From NCBI GenBank assembly GCA_041663665.1, contig JBAYMG010000003.1, positions 86,910 to 150,909 on the forward strand: a stretch of DNA of 64,000 nt, read 5' to 3'. The notes beneath the pieces are model-generated. The model ran no database searches. It saw only the letters and a list, made by a program, of their open reading frames with translations, and was not told the origin of the DNA. The stretch comes from Candidatus Omnitrophota bacterium. GTDB lineage: Bacteria; Omnitrophota; Gorgyraeia; Gygaellales; Profunditerraquicolaceae. This document shows, in pieces, positions 49,791-60,132 of this stretch. The translations under genes and the position numbers were made by a program. The number at the start of each line of letters is the position of its first letter. Positions within the stretch are counted from its first letter, which is position 1.

Positions 49791-50696
49791 ATGATTGAAG
49801 AAAGATTGCTGCATACGCCAGTTATGTTAAAAGAAGTTATAGATTACTTGAAGCTTGCACCGGGGAAGGTAATCGTTGATGCAACTATGGGCACAGGCGG
49901 ACATTCGTTTGAAATATTAAAAAAGATTACTCCGGGCGGAAGGCTAATCGGTATTGATCGCGATCTGGATTCATTGGGTATTTGCCGGGAACGTTTGGTT
50001 GAGTTTAAGGATAGCTGTACATTTGTTCATTCCAATTTTTCTAATTTAGACCAAGCTTTAGAAAAATTAGGAATAAATGAAATCGATGGTATTGTTTTTG
50101 ATTTGGGTATTTCTAGTTATCAGCTAAGAGATGCCCAAAGAGGTTTTAGTTTTCAAGAGGAGGGGCCGCTGGATATGCGTTTAGACAAAAGCAGCTATAT
50201 TTCAGCATATGACCTGATTAACAGCCTTAATGAAGACGAGATTTCTCATTTACTTTGGAATTTTGGGCAGGAACGCTGGCATAATCGCATTGCCCATTTA
50301 TTAATTGAAGAACGCAAGGTTGAGCCGATTGCGACAACTAAACAGTTGGCTACTTTAGTGATGCGGGCTATTCCGTATAAGTATCGAAAAAGTTATTATC
50401 GGATACATCCTGCTACGCGGACTTTTCAAGCTGTGCGGATTGCTGTAAATCGGGAATTGGAAGTTTTAGAAAATTCTATTAGGAAAGCCGTTGCAATTTT
50501 AAAAAAGCAAGCTAGAATATGTGTAATTTCTTTTCATTCGTTGGAAGACCGGGTAATCAAGCATACATTCCGTGCGCTCAAAGCCGACGGATTAATCGAA
50601 ATTATTACAAGCAAGCCCCTGATTCCAGAGTTTAGCGAAATAGAAGCTAATCCTTCTAGCCGCAGCTCTAAGTTCAGGGTAGCGGAGAGGTTGTAA
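49791..50696 (+). CDS. rsmH: 16S rRNA (cytosine1402-N4)-methyltransferase
   Basis: ..HTPVMLKEVIDYL..VDATMGTGGHS..FDLGISSYQL.. signature. Confidence 0.9.
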   Translation: MIEERLLHTPVMLKEVIDYLKLAPGKVIVDATMGTGGHSFEILKKITPGGRLIGIDRDLDSLGICRERLVEFKDSCTFVHSNFSNLDQALEKLGINEIDGIVFDLGISSYQLRDAQRGFSFQEEGPLDMRLDKSSYISAYDLINSLNEDEISHLLWNFGQERWHNRIAHLLIEERKVEPIATTKQLATLVMRAIPYKYRKSYYRIHPATRTFQAVRIAVNRELEVLENSIRKAVAILKKQARICVISFHSLEDRVIKHTFRALKADGLIEIITSKPLIPEFSEIEANPSSRSSKFRVAERL

Positions 50697-50702
50697 AATA
50701 AT

Positions 50703-51071
50703 ATGAAGCTGACTAAATTTTTCTCAACGGTAGTATTTATTACTTCTTTCGCTGTACTTTATGTTTATCAGCAAAGCGAGATATTCCGTCTGGCTTATTT
50801 GGGCCAAAAAAAACAAGCCTCTTATACAGAATTATTAGATAAAAATACTGCTTTAAGATATAATATCAACAAGAATTCTTCTTTGGTAAAGATCGGAGGC
50901 CGGATCAATGAGGGTAGTGAATTTCAGATGCCGGATAATTACCGTTTCGTTAAGTTTGTTTCTTCTAAGGAAGGTTTAAGACTTGCGGATCAGAACCAAA
51001 ATAAAGAAGGGCTCTTGGCACGAATTTTTAGCTTAAAGCGGGAAGCTCAAGCAAAAACAATTAACCCCTAA
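50703..51071 (+). CDS. ftsL: cell division protein FtsL-like (single-TM)
   Basis: 122 aa with one TM segment (FFSTVVFITSFAVLYVY) followed by a coiled coil. Position between rsmH and ftsI. Confidence 0.6.
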   Translation: MKLTKFFSTVVFITSFAVLYVYQQSEIFRLAYLGQKKQASYTELLDKNTALRYNINKNSSLVKIGGRINEGSEFQMPDNYRFVKFVSSKEGLRLADQNQNKEGLLARIFSLKREAQAKTINP

Positions 51072-51095
51072 TATTTATTACTCCTATATAATATA

Positions 51096-52793
51096 GTGTA
51101 TATCAGCAATTATCGCCGCAGGAATGAAGCGGTATTTTTGGTTTTTTTTATTTTTCTCCTGCTTTGTATCGGCCGCTTATTTTTTATCCAATTCTTCCGT
51201 TCGGCTTACCTTATTTCAATAGCTAAAAAACAACATAATCAACTTGTAGAGTTAGAGCCGCGCCGAGGGGCAATTTATGATGTTAACCTTAAGGCCCAGG
51301 CATTTAATATGTCCATGGATTCTATTTATGCTGTACCCGGGGCAATTAAAAATAAAGAATATGCAATTGACCAGCTGCAATCCATTCTTGGGCTTAAGCG
51401 CAGTTATCTTGAAGATAGGCTAAACCGTAAAAAATCCTTTATTTGGGTGGCGCGTAAATTGAATCCGGATAAATCCGAGGCAATTAAAAAATTAAATATT
51501 AAAGGATTGGGTTTCTTAAAAGAAACTAAACGTATTTATCCGAATAGTTACTTGTCCAGCCATGTAATCGGTTTTAGCGGTATGGATAATATTGGACTGG
51601 AAGGAGTTGAGAGGGATTATAACCGGTATTTAAAAGGGATTCCCGGTTGGGCAATTTTTTTACGTGATGCTCGGCAAAAGCAATTAGATATTTGGGAGAA
51701 GATGGTTGTTCCGGTTGATGGAGCGGATTTAGTTTTAACTGTTGATGAAGTTATCCAGTATATTGCTGAAAGGGAATTAGATAAGGCATTTAAGAGCTTC
51801 AACGCTAAAGGTGCCAGCATTATTGTAATGGATCCTCATACCGGAAAGATTTTGGCTCTAGCTAACCGTCCAACCTATGATTTAAATGACCATTCTAATG
51901 TTAGTAAGGATTTTATGCGTAATCGGGCTATTTGTGATTTATTTGAACCTGGTTCAGTATTTAAAATCGTTACTGCTTCGGCTGCGCTTGAAGAAAAAAA
52001 GATTACTGAGGAGGATGTTGTTTTCTGCGAAAATGGCAGCTATAGCGTAGGTGGGCGTGTCTTGCATGATCATCGGCCGCATGGCTTGCTTACTTTTAGG
52101 CAGGTTATTGAGGAGTCCAGTAATATTGGTACAGTTAAGGTTGCTCAGCTTTTGGGGAAGGATAAACTTTATCAGTATATCAAGGCTTTTGGTTTCGGTT
52201 CTAAATTGGGGTTTGATTTGTCCGGAGAGATATCCGGGATGATTATTCCGACCCGGCTTTGGTCAAAATCATCGATTACGTCTATCCCTATGGGTCAAGG
52301 GGTAGGGGTCACTGCTTTGCAATTAGCTAGTGCCATTTCGGTAATTGCTAATGGCGGGCAATTGATGAAGCCTTATATTATTGATTCAGTTCGCGATACT
52401 CAGGGGCATTTAATAAAGCAAAATAAGCCGGTATTAATCCGTAAAGTTATTTCAGTTGATACAGCTATGCGTATTAAAAAAATACTTACCGGAGTAATAG
52501 AGGAAGGTACCGGTAAGCTGGCTAAAGTGTCGGGTTTTAGTGCTGCGGGTAAAACCGGGACTGCTCAGAAGCTCGAAGCAGATGGAACCTATTCTCATAA
52601 TAAATTTGTTGCTTCTTTTATTGGTTTTGCTCCGGCAGAGGATCCGATGTTGACTATTGTTGTAATTGTTGATGAACCCCATCCGTATTATTTTGGCGGA
52701 GTAGTGGCTGCTCCGGTATTTCAGAAAGTTGCTGGTGATGTCATTCGTTATATAAAAGGCAATGAATTACCCATTGAGGTAATCCCACAATGA
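51096..52793 (+). CDS. ftsI: peptidoglycan D,D-transpeptidase FtsI (class B PBP); GTG start
   Basis: N-terminal TM anchor and PBP dimer domain; SxxK (GSVFK), SxN (SSN) and KTG (AGKTGTA) motifs. Confidence 0.9.
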   Translation: MYISNYRRRNEAVFLVFFIFLLLCIGRLFFIQFFRSAYLISIAKKQHNQLVELEPRRGAIYDVNLKAQAFNMSMDSIYAVPGAIKNKEYAIDQLQSILGLKRSYLEDRLNRKKSFIWVARKLNPDKSEAIKKLNIKGLGFLKETKRIYPNSYLSSHVIGFSGMDNIGLEGVERDYNRYLKGIPGWAIFLRDARQKQLDIWEKMVVPVDGADLVLTVDEVIQYIAERELDKAFKSFNAKGASIIVMDPHTGKILALANRPTYDLNDHSNVSKDFMRNRAICDLFEPGSVFKIVTASAALEEKKITEEDVVFCENGSYSVGGRVLHDHRPHGLLTFRQVIEESSNIGTVKVAQLLGKDKLYQYIKAFGFGSKLGFDLSGEISGMIIPTRLWSKSSITSIPMGQGVGVTALQLASAISVIANGGQLMKPYIIDSVRDTQGHLIKQNKPVLIRKVISVDTAMRIKKILTGVIEEGTGKLAKVSGFSAAGKTGTAQKLEADGTYSHNKFVASFIGFAPAEDPMLTIVVIVDEPHPYYFGGVVAAPVFQKVAGDVIRYIKGNELPIEVIPQ

Positions 52794-54205
52794 AAATCGC
52801 AGGATTACAGATAAAGGGCGTAACCAGTAGTTCTAAGGACGTAAAAAAAGATTTTGTTTTTGTTGCGATAAAGGGGCCCTGGCAGGATGGCAACTGTTTT
52901 ATTAATGAAGCAATTACTCGAGGTGCCAGTGTTATTGTTATAAAAAATACGGCGAAAGAAACAAAAATAATCGGTAAGGCCAAATTATTAAAAGTTAGTA
53001 ATCCCCGTAAGTTTCTGGCTGATGTTTGTGCCGAGTTCTACGGGTTTCCTTCGAATAAACTTAAAGTTATCGGTATTACCGGTACAAATGGTAAAACGAC
53101 TATTTCTTATTTGGTTGAGGCGGTAGCCAAGGAAGCTAATTGCGGAAGCGGGGTAATCGGTACAATCAACTACCGTTTTAAAAATAAAATTATACCAGCT
53201 AAAAATACTACTCCCGGGTGTGTTCAGCTCCAAGAGTTATTATGTAAAATGTTTGCAAAAAAAGTTAAGTATTGTGCGATGGAAGTTTCATCTCATGCCT
53301 TAGACCAAAATCGGGTTGCCGGGGTTAATTTTAGCTGCGCTATTTTTACTAATCTTACTCAGGATCATTTGGATTATCATCAGAATCTAGAGAATTATTT
53401 TTTAGCCAAGGCAAAGCTTTTCCGTTCTTTAGCTGCTTCAAGTGTAGCGGTTATTAATAATGATGATAAATACGGGCAAAGGATCAAACGTTTAACCAAG
53501 GCTAAAGTTATCACTTACGGAATAAGAAATAAATCAATGGTTATGGCTAAAGAACTTGACCTTGGGCATGAGAAAACTGAATTTACCTTGATTGCTCCGA
53601 AGATCAATATTAGGATTAAGGCAAGGCTGGTCGGTAAGTACAATGTTTATAATATCCTGTCGGCTGTTGCCTGGGCGTTAAGCCAGAAAATAAATATCAA
53701 AATTATAAAAGCTGCAATTGAAAAATTTAAAAATGTCCCCGGAAGGTTGGAAAGAGTGGTTACTAAGAAAGGGTTCAATATTTTTGTAGATTATGCCCAT
53801 ACCCCGGATGCTTTATTTAATGTAATCAGTGCCTTAAGACCGATTTCTAAGAAAAGAATTATAGTTGTTTTCGGCTGCGGAGGGGGAAGAGATAAGCTTA
53901 AACGGCCAAAGATGGGCAAGGTGGTTACGGAGTTAGCAGATTATGCTTTGATTACTAGCGATAATCCGCGTTCTGAAGAACCGCTTCAAATAATTAAAGA
54001 TATACAAAAGGGGATAAATAAAAATAATTATTGTGTAGTTCTTGCGCGCGCGGAAGCTATTCGTAAGGGTCTAGCGATGTTAGAAAAAGATGACTGTTTG
54101 CTTATCGCCGGCAAAGGGCATGAAAATTATCAGGTGTTGAAAGATAAGGTTTTGCAGTTTAATGATCGAAAGGAAGTAGAGAAGTGTTTACTATTGAAGA
54201 AATAG
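52790..54205 (+). CDS. murE: UDP-N-acetylmuramoyl-L-alanyl-D-glutamate--2,6-diaminopimelate ligase
   Basis: GITGTNGKTT P-loop and a DNPR motif (meso-DAP type). Confidence 0.9.
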   Translation: MKIAGLQIKGVTSSSKDVKKDFVFVAIKGPWQDGNCFINEAITRGASVIVIKNTAKETKIIGKAKLLKVSNPRKFLADVCAEFYGFPSNKLKVIGITGTNGKTTISYLVEAVAKEANCGSGVIGTINYRFKNKIIPAKNTTPGCVQLQELLCKMFAKKVKYCAMEVSSHALDQNRVAGVNFSCAIFTNLTQDHLDYHQNLENYFLAKAKLFRSLAASSVAVINNDDKYGQRIKRLTKAKVITYGIRNKSMVMAKELDLGHEKTEFTLIAPKINIRIKARLVGKYNVYNILSAVAWALSQKINIKIIKAAIEKFKNVPGRLERVVTKKGFNIFVDYAHTPDALFNVISALRPISKKRIIVVFGCGGGRDKLKRPKMGKVVTELADYALITSDNPRSEEPLQIIKDIQKGINKNNYCVVLARAEAIRKGLAMLEKDDCLLIAGKGHENYQVLKDKVLQFNDRKEVEKCLLLKK

Positions 54206-55545
54206 TTAAAGCCACAGGAGGCGAACTTATTCAGGGGCGCTTAAGGGATAAGGCCAGCGGTATTTCTACTGACTCCAGGAAATTAGAACCGCAAGAAGCT
54301 TTTTTGGCTCTCAAAGGAAATAACTTTGATGGCCACGATTTTATTAGCGAAGCTTTGAAATCAAAAATTTCTTCGGTAATTGTGGAAAATGTCCCGAAGA
54401 AATTAATTCCCAAACAAGTAGCGGTTATTAAGGTTAAAGATACATTACTTGCTTTAGGAGATATTGCCCGTTTTAAAAGGCAGAGATCTGGCTCGCCGGT
54501 AGTTGCCGTTACCGGGTCTAATGGAAAAACTACAACCAAAGAGATGATTGCTTGGGTGTTATCGGCAGGTTCTCAGGTATTAAAAAATGAGGGAACTAAA
54601 AATAACCAGATTGGGCTCCCGCAGACTTTAATCCAGCTTAATAAAAAAGATAATTATGTGGTAGTTGAAATAGGTACTAATCATTTTGGTGAGGTGGATT
54701 ATTTAGCTAAAATCGCCAAGCCCAATATCGGTTTAATCACCAATATCGGCTCAAGCCATCTGGAGTTCTTAAATGATTTAAGAGGTGTTTTCAAAGAAAA
54801 ATCAAGTTTGCTGGATAATTTAGCCAAACCGGCAATTACTATACTTAATGCTGATGATAAATTGCTGAAAAGGCTAATTACTAAGGATAATAAGGGCAGG
54901 TCTGTTTTTAGCTATGGTATTGACGAAGAAAGTGATTTTCGTGCTTCGGCAATTAAATTTAAAAACTGCAAGCTGGAATTTAAAGTTAATCGTAAGTTTA
55001 ATTTTGTATTATCGACATTAGGTGATTATAATATTTATAATGCTTTAGCGGCAATTGCAGTTGGCCGCATATTTGGTTTAAGTTACCTTGAAATTAGTGC
55101 CCGGCTTGCAGATTTTAAGTTTCCTGCCGGCAGGCTTAATTTTATTGAATTCCGGGGATTTAAGTTTATTGATGATACCTATAATTCTAATCCTCTTTCT
55201 TTAAAGGCGGCTTTGACGGCTTTAAATGCCGTAAAATGTAAGGGGAGAAAAATCTTAATTATGGGTGATATGCTGGAATTGGGTAAGCAAAAAGAGTTAT
55301 TGCATAGACAAGTTGCAAGGAGTATAACTAATACTTGTGATCTTTTGGTTACCGTAGGGCCTTTGGCTTATCTAACTGCTCAGGCAGCTTTAAAAAGCGG
55401 TTTTAGTGACAAAAATATATTTAGTTGTGACAATGTTCTAGAGGCTAGGGATTTATTGTTTAATAAGATTTTCCCGGAGGTTTGTGACCTTATCCTTGTA
55501 AAAGGCTCTCGGTCGATGAAGATGGAAGGTATTTTCAAAATTTAA
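54184..55545 (+). CDS. murF: UDP-N-acetylmuramoyl-tripeptide--D-alanyl-D-alanine ligase (GTG start)
   Basis: VTGSNGKTTTKEM P-loop, Mur ligase middle and C-terminal domains. Confidence 0.9.
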   Translation: MFTIEEIVKATGGELIQGRLRDKASGISTDSRKLEPQEAFLALKGNNFDGHDFISEALKSKISSVIVENVPKKLIPKQVAVIKVKDTLLALGDIARFKRQRSGSPVVAVTGSNGKTTTKEMIAWVLSAGSQVLKNEGTKNNQIGLPQTLIQLNKKDNYVVVEIGTNHFGEVDYLAKIAKPNIGLITNIGSSHLEFLNDLRGVFKEKSSLLDNLAKPAITILNADDKLLKRLITKDNKGRSVFSYGIDEESDFRASAIKFKNCKLEFKVNRKFNFVLSTLGDYNIYNALAAIAVGRIFGLSYLEISARLADFKFPAGRLNFIEFRGFKFIDDTYNSNPLSLKAALTALNAVKCKGRKILIMGDMLELGKQKELLHRQVARSITNTCDLLVTVGPLAYLTAQAALKSGFSDKNIFSCDNVLEARDLLFNKIFPEVCDLILVKGSRSMKMEGIFKI

Positions 55546-56633
55546 TGTTACATCATCTGCTTTATCCGCTTAGGGATTACATCTCTGTTTTTAATCTATT
55601 TCGTTATATTACTTTTCGTGCGGCAATGGCTGCTCTAACTGCTTTTGTGCTCAGCCTGATTTTTGGTCCGCTTTTAATTAAAAAGCTAAAAGCTTTAAAG
55701 GTTGGAGAAAAAATTAATAAGGCTGACAGCTTAAAGCTGGATGATTTACATCGCCATAAACAGAGCACTCCAACCATGGGCGGAATACTTGTTCTTGGGG
55801 CGGTCATAGTTTCAACTCTGCTTTGGGCGGATATTTCGCAGCATTGTATCTGGATTGTTTTATTTAGTACGATTTGGCTTGGGTTAACCGGATTTACGGA
55901 TGATTATTTAAAACAGGTAAAGAAAAAGGCAAGTGGATTGCCATCAAGCGTTAAGCTCGCCAGCCAGATTGTTTTAGGCTTAATTTTGGGTATAATTCTT
56001 ATTTTTGAGAGCCAGCATAATGTTAAACTTGAGATTCCATTTTTAAAAGGTGTTAATCTGGATTTGGATGGTTTGTATATTTTATTTGTAATTATTGTTA
56101 TCGCTGGTTCATCCAATGCGGTGAATCTTACTGACGGCTTAGACGGGCTGGCTATTGGTATTGTGGTGATGGTTGGGATTGCTTTTAGTGTGCTTTGCTA
56201 CGTTTCTGGCAATTTAAATTTAAGTGAGTATCTTTTAATCCCGTATATTAAAGGCGGGGGAGAGCTGACTATTTTTTGTGCCAGCATTGTCGGGGCGGGA
56301 TTGGGTTTTTTATGGTTTAACTGTTATCCTGCCACAATTTTTATGGGGGATGTTGGTTCGCTGGCTTTGGGTGGGGCTATTGGCACTGTTGCGTTATTAA
56401 TTAAAAAAGAGATGCTGCTTATAATTGTCGGCGGCATATTTGTTTTAGAGGCCCTTTCGGTTATATTACAAGTAGCTTCTTTCAAGTTGACCAAGAAGAG
56501 AATTTTTAAGATTGCTCCTCTGCACCATCATTTCCAGTTTTTGGACTGGCCTGAGAATAAAGTAATTGTCAGGTTTTGGATTGTTGCCGGATTGCTTGCC
56601 CTTTTTACGCTGGTTACTTTAAAGATCAGGTAA
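55545..56633 (+). CDS. mraY: phospho-N-acetylmuramoyl-pentapeptide-transferase
   Basis: 10-TM protein with NAVNLTDGLDGLA and FMGDVGSLALGG motifs. Confidence 0.95.
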   Translation: MLHHLLYPLRDYISVFNLFRYITFRAAMAALTAFVLSLIFGPLLIKKLKALKVGEKINKADSLKLDDLHRHKQSTPTMGGILVLGAVIVSTLLWADISQHCIWIVLFSTIWLGLTGFTDDYLKQVKKKASGLPSSVKLASQIVLGLILGIILIFESQHNVKLEIPFLKGVNLDLDGLYILFVIIVIAGSSNAVNLTDGLDGLAIGIVVMVGIAFSVLCYVSGNLNLSEYLLIPYIKGGGELTIFCASIVGAGLGFLWFNCYPATIFMGDVGSLALGGAIGTVALLIKKEMLLIIVGGIFVLEALSVILQVASFKLTKKRIFKIAPLHHHFQFLDWPENKVIVRFWIVAGLLALFTLVTLKIR

Positions 56634-56682
56634 TTTTATTCTGATCTCGTTTGCAGGAGAACAGCCCAGAGTATTTAAAACT

Positions 56683-57951
56683 ATGCGCAATATCGAATAT
56701 TTTAAAAATAAAAAAATAACCATTGTCGGCTTAGCCCGTTCGGGTGTAGCTTGTGCTAATCTTTTGCATAAATTAGGTGCCATTATAAGGATTACGGAGG
56801 CAAAAGATAATGCGCAGACTCAAGATGCCTCTACTCGGCTTTGTTCGGGCGAAATTATAATTGAGCTGGGGAAACACAGCCAGGATTTTATTCAGGATGC
56901 GGATTTAGTAATTATTTCTCCCGGGGTGCCCTTAGATGCCTTGCCGATTAAATGGGCAAGGCAATTTAATCGGCCGGTTATTAGCGAAATTGAGGCGGCA
57001 AGTATTTTGTGTCCAGCCGGAATTATTGCGGTAACCGGTTCAAACGGTAAAACTACGGTTACTACTTTAATTGGTAAAGTTTTAGAAGCCGCGCAAAAAA
57101 AAGTTTTTGTTTGCGGCAATATCGGTAATCCTTTCTGCGGAGAAGTCCAATTAATGCAAGAGGGTGATTTTGTAGTCCTGGAGGTAAGCTCATTTCAGTT
57201 GGAGACAATAAAGAATTTTAAGCCGAAGATTGCTTTGATTTTAAACCTTACGCCAAATCATTTAGACCGTTATAAAAATATTCAAGAATATCTAGCTGCC
57301 AAGAAACGCATTTTTATGAATCAGGATGAAGGTGATTTTTTGATTCTAAGTGCTGATGATTTGTTGCTTAGGGGTATTCAAAGCCAGGCAATCAAGGCAA
57401 GTGTGGATTTTTTTACTAAGCAAGATGGGTTAAATCCTAATCAGAGTGCGGTTTTGAGCGTAGGAAAGATTTTAGGGATTGACCAAAGTTTAATGCAAAA
57501 GGTATTTGCTGAATTTAAGGGGCTTGAACATCGGATGGAAGAGCTTGGTCAGATTAAAGGGGTAAGATTTATTAATGACTCAAAAGCAACTACTGCCGAT
57601 TCAGCCATTTGGGCAATTAAAAATATTAATATCCCGATAATTCTTATTGCCGGGGGTAGGCATAAAGGTATTGATTACGGGGTAATTCTTGAATATGCTA
57701 GAGGCAAAGTTAAACAGGTAATTTTGATTGGGGAGTCAAAAGATATAATTGCCCGGGATTTAAAAGGCGAATTTCTAACTGCAATGGCTTCTAGCTTAGA
57801 GGAGGCATTAAATAAGGCTTATGCTCTGGCTGAGCCGGGGGATGCGGTATTATTCTCTCCGATGTGTTCCAGTTATGATATGTTTAAAGATTATGAAGAC
57901 CGGGGCAGAGTATTTAAAAAAATAGTAGCCCAGTTGGCTCTAAAAGATTAG
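56683..57951 (+). CDS. murD: UDP-N-acetylmuramoylalanine--D-glutamate ligase
   Basis: N-terminal Rossmann GLARSG; P-loop VTGSNGKTTV. Confidence 0.9.
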   Translation: MRNIEYFKNKKITIVGLARSGVACANLLHKLGAIIRITEAKDNAQTQDASTRLCSGEIIIELGKHSQDFIQDADLVIISPGVPLDALPIKWARQFNRPVISEIEAASILCPAGIIAVTGSNGKTTVTTLIGKVLEAAQKKVFVCGNIGNPFCGEVQLMQEGDFVVLEVSSFQLETIKNFKPKIALILNLTPNHLDRYKNIQEYLAAKKRIFMNQDEGDFLILSADDLLLRGIQSQAIKASVDFFTKQDGLNPNQSAVLSVGKILGIDQSLMQKVFAEFKGLEHRMEELGQIKGVRFINDSKATTADSAIWAIKNINIPIILIAGGRHKGIDYGVILEYARGKVKQVILIGESKDIIARDLKGEFLTAMASSLEEALNKAYALAEPGDAVLFSPMCSSYDMFKDYEDRGRVFKKIVAQLALKD

Positions 57952-57956
57952 TTCTT

Positions 57957-59051
57957 ATGGTTAGAAAAACTCGTATTAACTTACTTACTATCTCAATTGT
58001 ACTTATTTGTGTCGGCATAGTTATGATTTACAGTTCATCAAGTATTTATGCTTGGGAGAGGTATGCTGATAGTTTTTATTTTTTAAAACGACACTTATTG
58101 TTTCTCCTGATTGGTATAGTATTTACTTTTTTGGCCATGATTATTGATTATCGTAAGCTTAGGGAATATGCCCGGCCAATGCTCTGGGCGGCTATTATTA
58201 TGCTTGTTCTAGTATTAATTCCCGGGTTAGGCAGAGAAGTTTCCGGAGCTCAAAGGTGGTTCAGATTTAAATTTATCAGTTTCCAACCTTCAGAGTTTGT
58301 CAACTTAGCGTTGATTATTTATATTGCTGATTTTATTTGCCGTAAGTCGGATACAATCAAAACGCTGTTTAAAGGTTTCTTGCCCCCGATATGCGTGTTG
58401 GGTTTAGTTATCGTGCTGATACTTTTACAGCCGGATTTGGGGACAGTTATTGCTTTAGGAAGCGTGGTTTTAATGATGCTTTATATTGCCGGAGTCAGGG
58501 GCAGGTATATTTTAACTTTAATGCTTTGCAGCTTGCCTGCGCTTTATGTTTTGGTTTTTAATGTGCCTTATCGCCGGGCAAGGATATTGGCGTTCCTAAA
58601 TCCCTGGCTTGATCCTAAGGGCACAGGTTTTCAAATTATTCAGTCGCAAATTGCTATTGGTTCTGGTGGGTTATTTGGCCGGGGGCTAGGCCACTCTCAG
58701 CAAAAACTATTCTATCTTCCGGCAGCGCATACAGATTTTATTTTTTCGATTATCGGCGAGGAGTTGGGGCTGTTGGGCACTCTTGGGGTAATTGCCTTGT
58801 TTATGATTTTTATTCAGCAAGGGCTTAAGGTTATAAAAAATTCTCAGGATAAATTCGGGTATTTTTTGGCCCTGGGCTTGATCCTGATGATTTCACTTAA
58901 GGCGATCGTAAATATCGGAGTTTCTTGCGGGGTTTTTCCTACTAAGGGCTTGCCTTTGCCGTTTATCAGTTACGGCGGGTCTTCTTTAATCTTTGATATG
59001 GTTAGCCTGGGTATATTAATTAATATCGCTCGTACTGGAGAGTATCCATAA
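57957..59051 (+). CDS. ftsW: peptidoglycan glycosyltransferase FtsW (SEDS family)
   Basis: Polytopic SEDS protein; ..LPAAHTDFIFSIIGEELG.. and ..LPLPFISYGGSS.. motifs. Confidence 0.9.
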   Translation: MVRKTRINLLTISIVLICVGIVMIYSSSSIYAWERYADSFYFLKRHLLFLLIGIVFTFLAMIIDYRKLREYARPMLWAAIIMLVLVLIPGLGREVSGAQRWFRFKFISFQPSEFVNLALIIYIADFICRKSDTIKTLFKGFLPPICVLGLVIVLILLQPDLGTVIALGSVVLMMLYIAGVRGRYILTLMLCSLPALYVLVFNVPYRRARILAFLNPWLDPKGTGFQIIQSQIAIGSGGLFGRGLGHSQQKLFYLPAAHTDFIFSIIGEELGLLGTLGVIALFMIFIQQGLKVIKNSQDKFGYFLALGLILMISLKAIVNIGVSCGVFPTKGLPLPFISYGGSSLIFDMVSLGILINIARTGEYP

Positions 59052-59052
59052 T

Positions 59053-60132
59053 ATGCGTGTTTTGATTGTTACTGGCTCAAGCGGAGGGCATATTTTTCCG
59101 GCCCTGGCTTTGGCTGATTCATTGAAAGCAGCTTCTAGCCAGGTGCTTTTGGTGCTGCCGCAAAAGAATAAGGCAGATGGAATTCCTGTAAATTTCGTAA
59201 AGACAGAATATATTCAATCTGTTAACTTAACTCTAAGTTTAAACAAAAAGAATATAACCGGCGTATACTTTTTTTTATTGTCAGTTTACCAGAGCTTGCG
59301 TATTGTTCTAAAATTTAAACCGGATGTTGTTGTGGGGTTCGGCAGCTTAAATACCGTTGCGTTGATATTTTGGGCATGGTTATTTAGAATTAAGACTGTA
59401 ATTCATGAGCAAAATGTTATTCCTGGCAGGGCAAACCGCCTGCTCTCTAAGTTGGCGGATAAAGTAGCGGTATCTTTTATTCAAACAAACAGTTATTTAG
59501 GTATATCCCCAAAAAAGATTGTTTTAACCGGTAATCCTGTTCGTCAAAATTTGGTCAGATTAGATAGGCAGGAGTCGCTGGATTTTTTTAAATTTAAGGA
59601 AAGGAAAGTTAATATTTTAATTACCGGCGGCAGTCAGGGATCGCATAGCTTGAATGTTGCCTGTTTGGCTGTTCTAACAGAGCATTTCGCTAAAAATGAT
59701 CTACAGGTAATCCATATTTCAGGATCCGTGGATTTTCCGTTACTTAAGCAAACTTATGAGGCTAGCGGGATTACTTATAAGTTATTTGATTTTCTTCCTG
59801 CTATGCAATATGCTTATAGCATAGCAGATTTGGTAATCTCCAGGGCAGGTGCAACAACTATTGCCGAATTACAAAAATTTTGTATCCCGGCGATTTTAAT
59901 TCCGTATCCCTTTGCTTATGCGCATCAGTTAAATAATGCCCGCGTATTGGAGGATCTTGGAGCGGCTTTAATTATTCGTGAGGAGCCATTGATTGCTGAA
60001 AAGTTGTTCGGTAAATTATTTGAATTTTTGGCGAGTCCACAGAAATTAGCAGTGATGCGTCAGGCGTATGCAAAAAATCAGGTTTTCGATGCAGTAAAAT
60101 TACTTACTAACGCGGTATTATGCTTAAACTGA
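59053..60132 (+). CDS. murG: UDP-N-acetylglucosamine--N-acetylmuramyl-(pentapeptide) pyrophosphoryl-undecaprenol N-acetylglucosamine transferase
   Basis: ..VTGSSGGHIFPALALA.., GT28 fold, C-terminal ..ITGGSQGS... Confidence 0.9.
   Translation: MRVLIVTGSSGGHIFPALALADSLKAASSQVLLVLPQKNKADGIPVNFVKTEYIQSVNLTLSLNKKNITGVYFFLLSVYQSLRIVLKFKPDVVVGFGSLNTVALIFWAWLFRIKTVIHEQNVIPGRANRLLSKLADKVAVSFIQTNSYLGISPKKIVLTGNPVRQNLVRLDRQESLDFFKFKERKVNILITGGSQGSHSLNVACLAVLTEHFAKNDLQVIHISGSVDFPLLKQTYEASGITYKLFDFLPAMQYAYSIADLVISRAGATTIAELQKFCIPAILIPYPFAYAHQLNNARVLEDLGAALIIREEPLIAEKLFGKLFEFLASPQKLAVMRQAYAKNQVFDAVKLLTNAVLCLN

Noticed and set aside
51081-51098. TATAAT immediately before the GTG start of ftsI (no SD) suggesting a leaderless start
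   Set aside because: Only 4 nt separate the hexamer from the GTG, and there is no recognisable -35. ftsI is more likely translated by coupling from ftsL within the dcw transcript.
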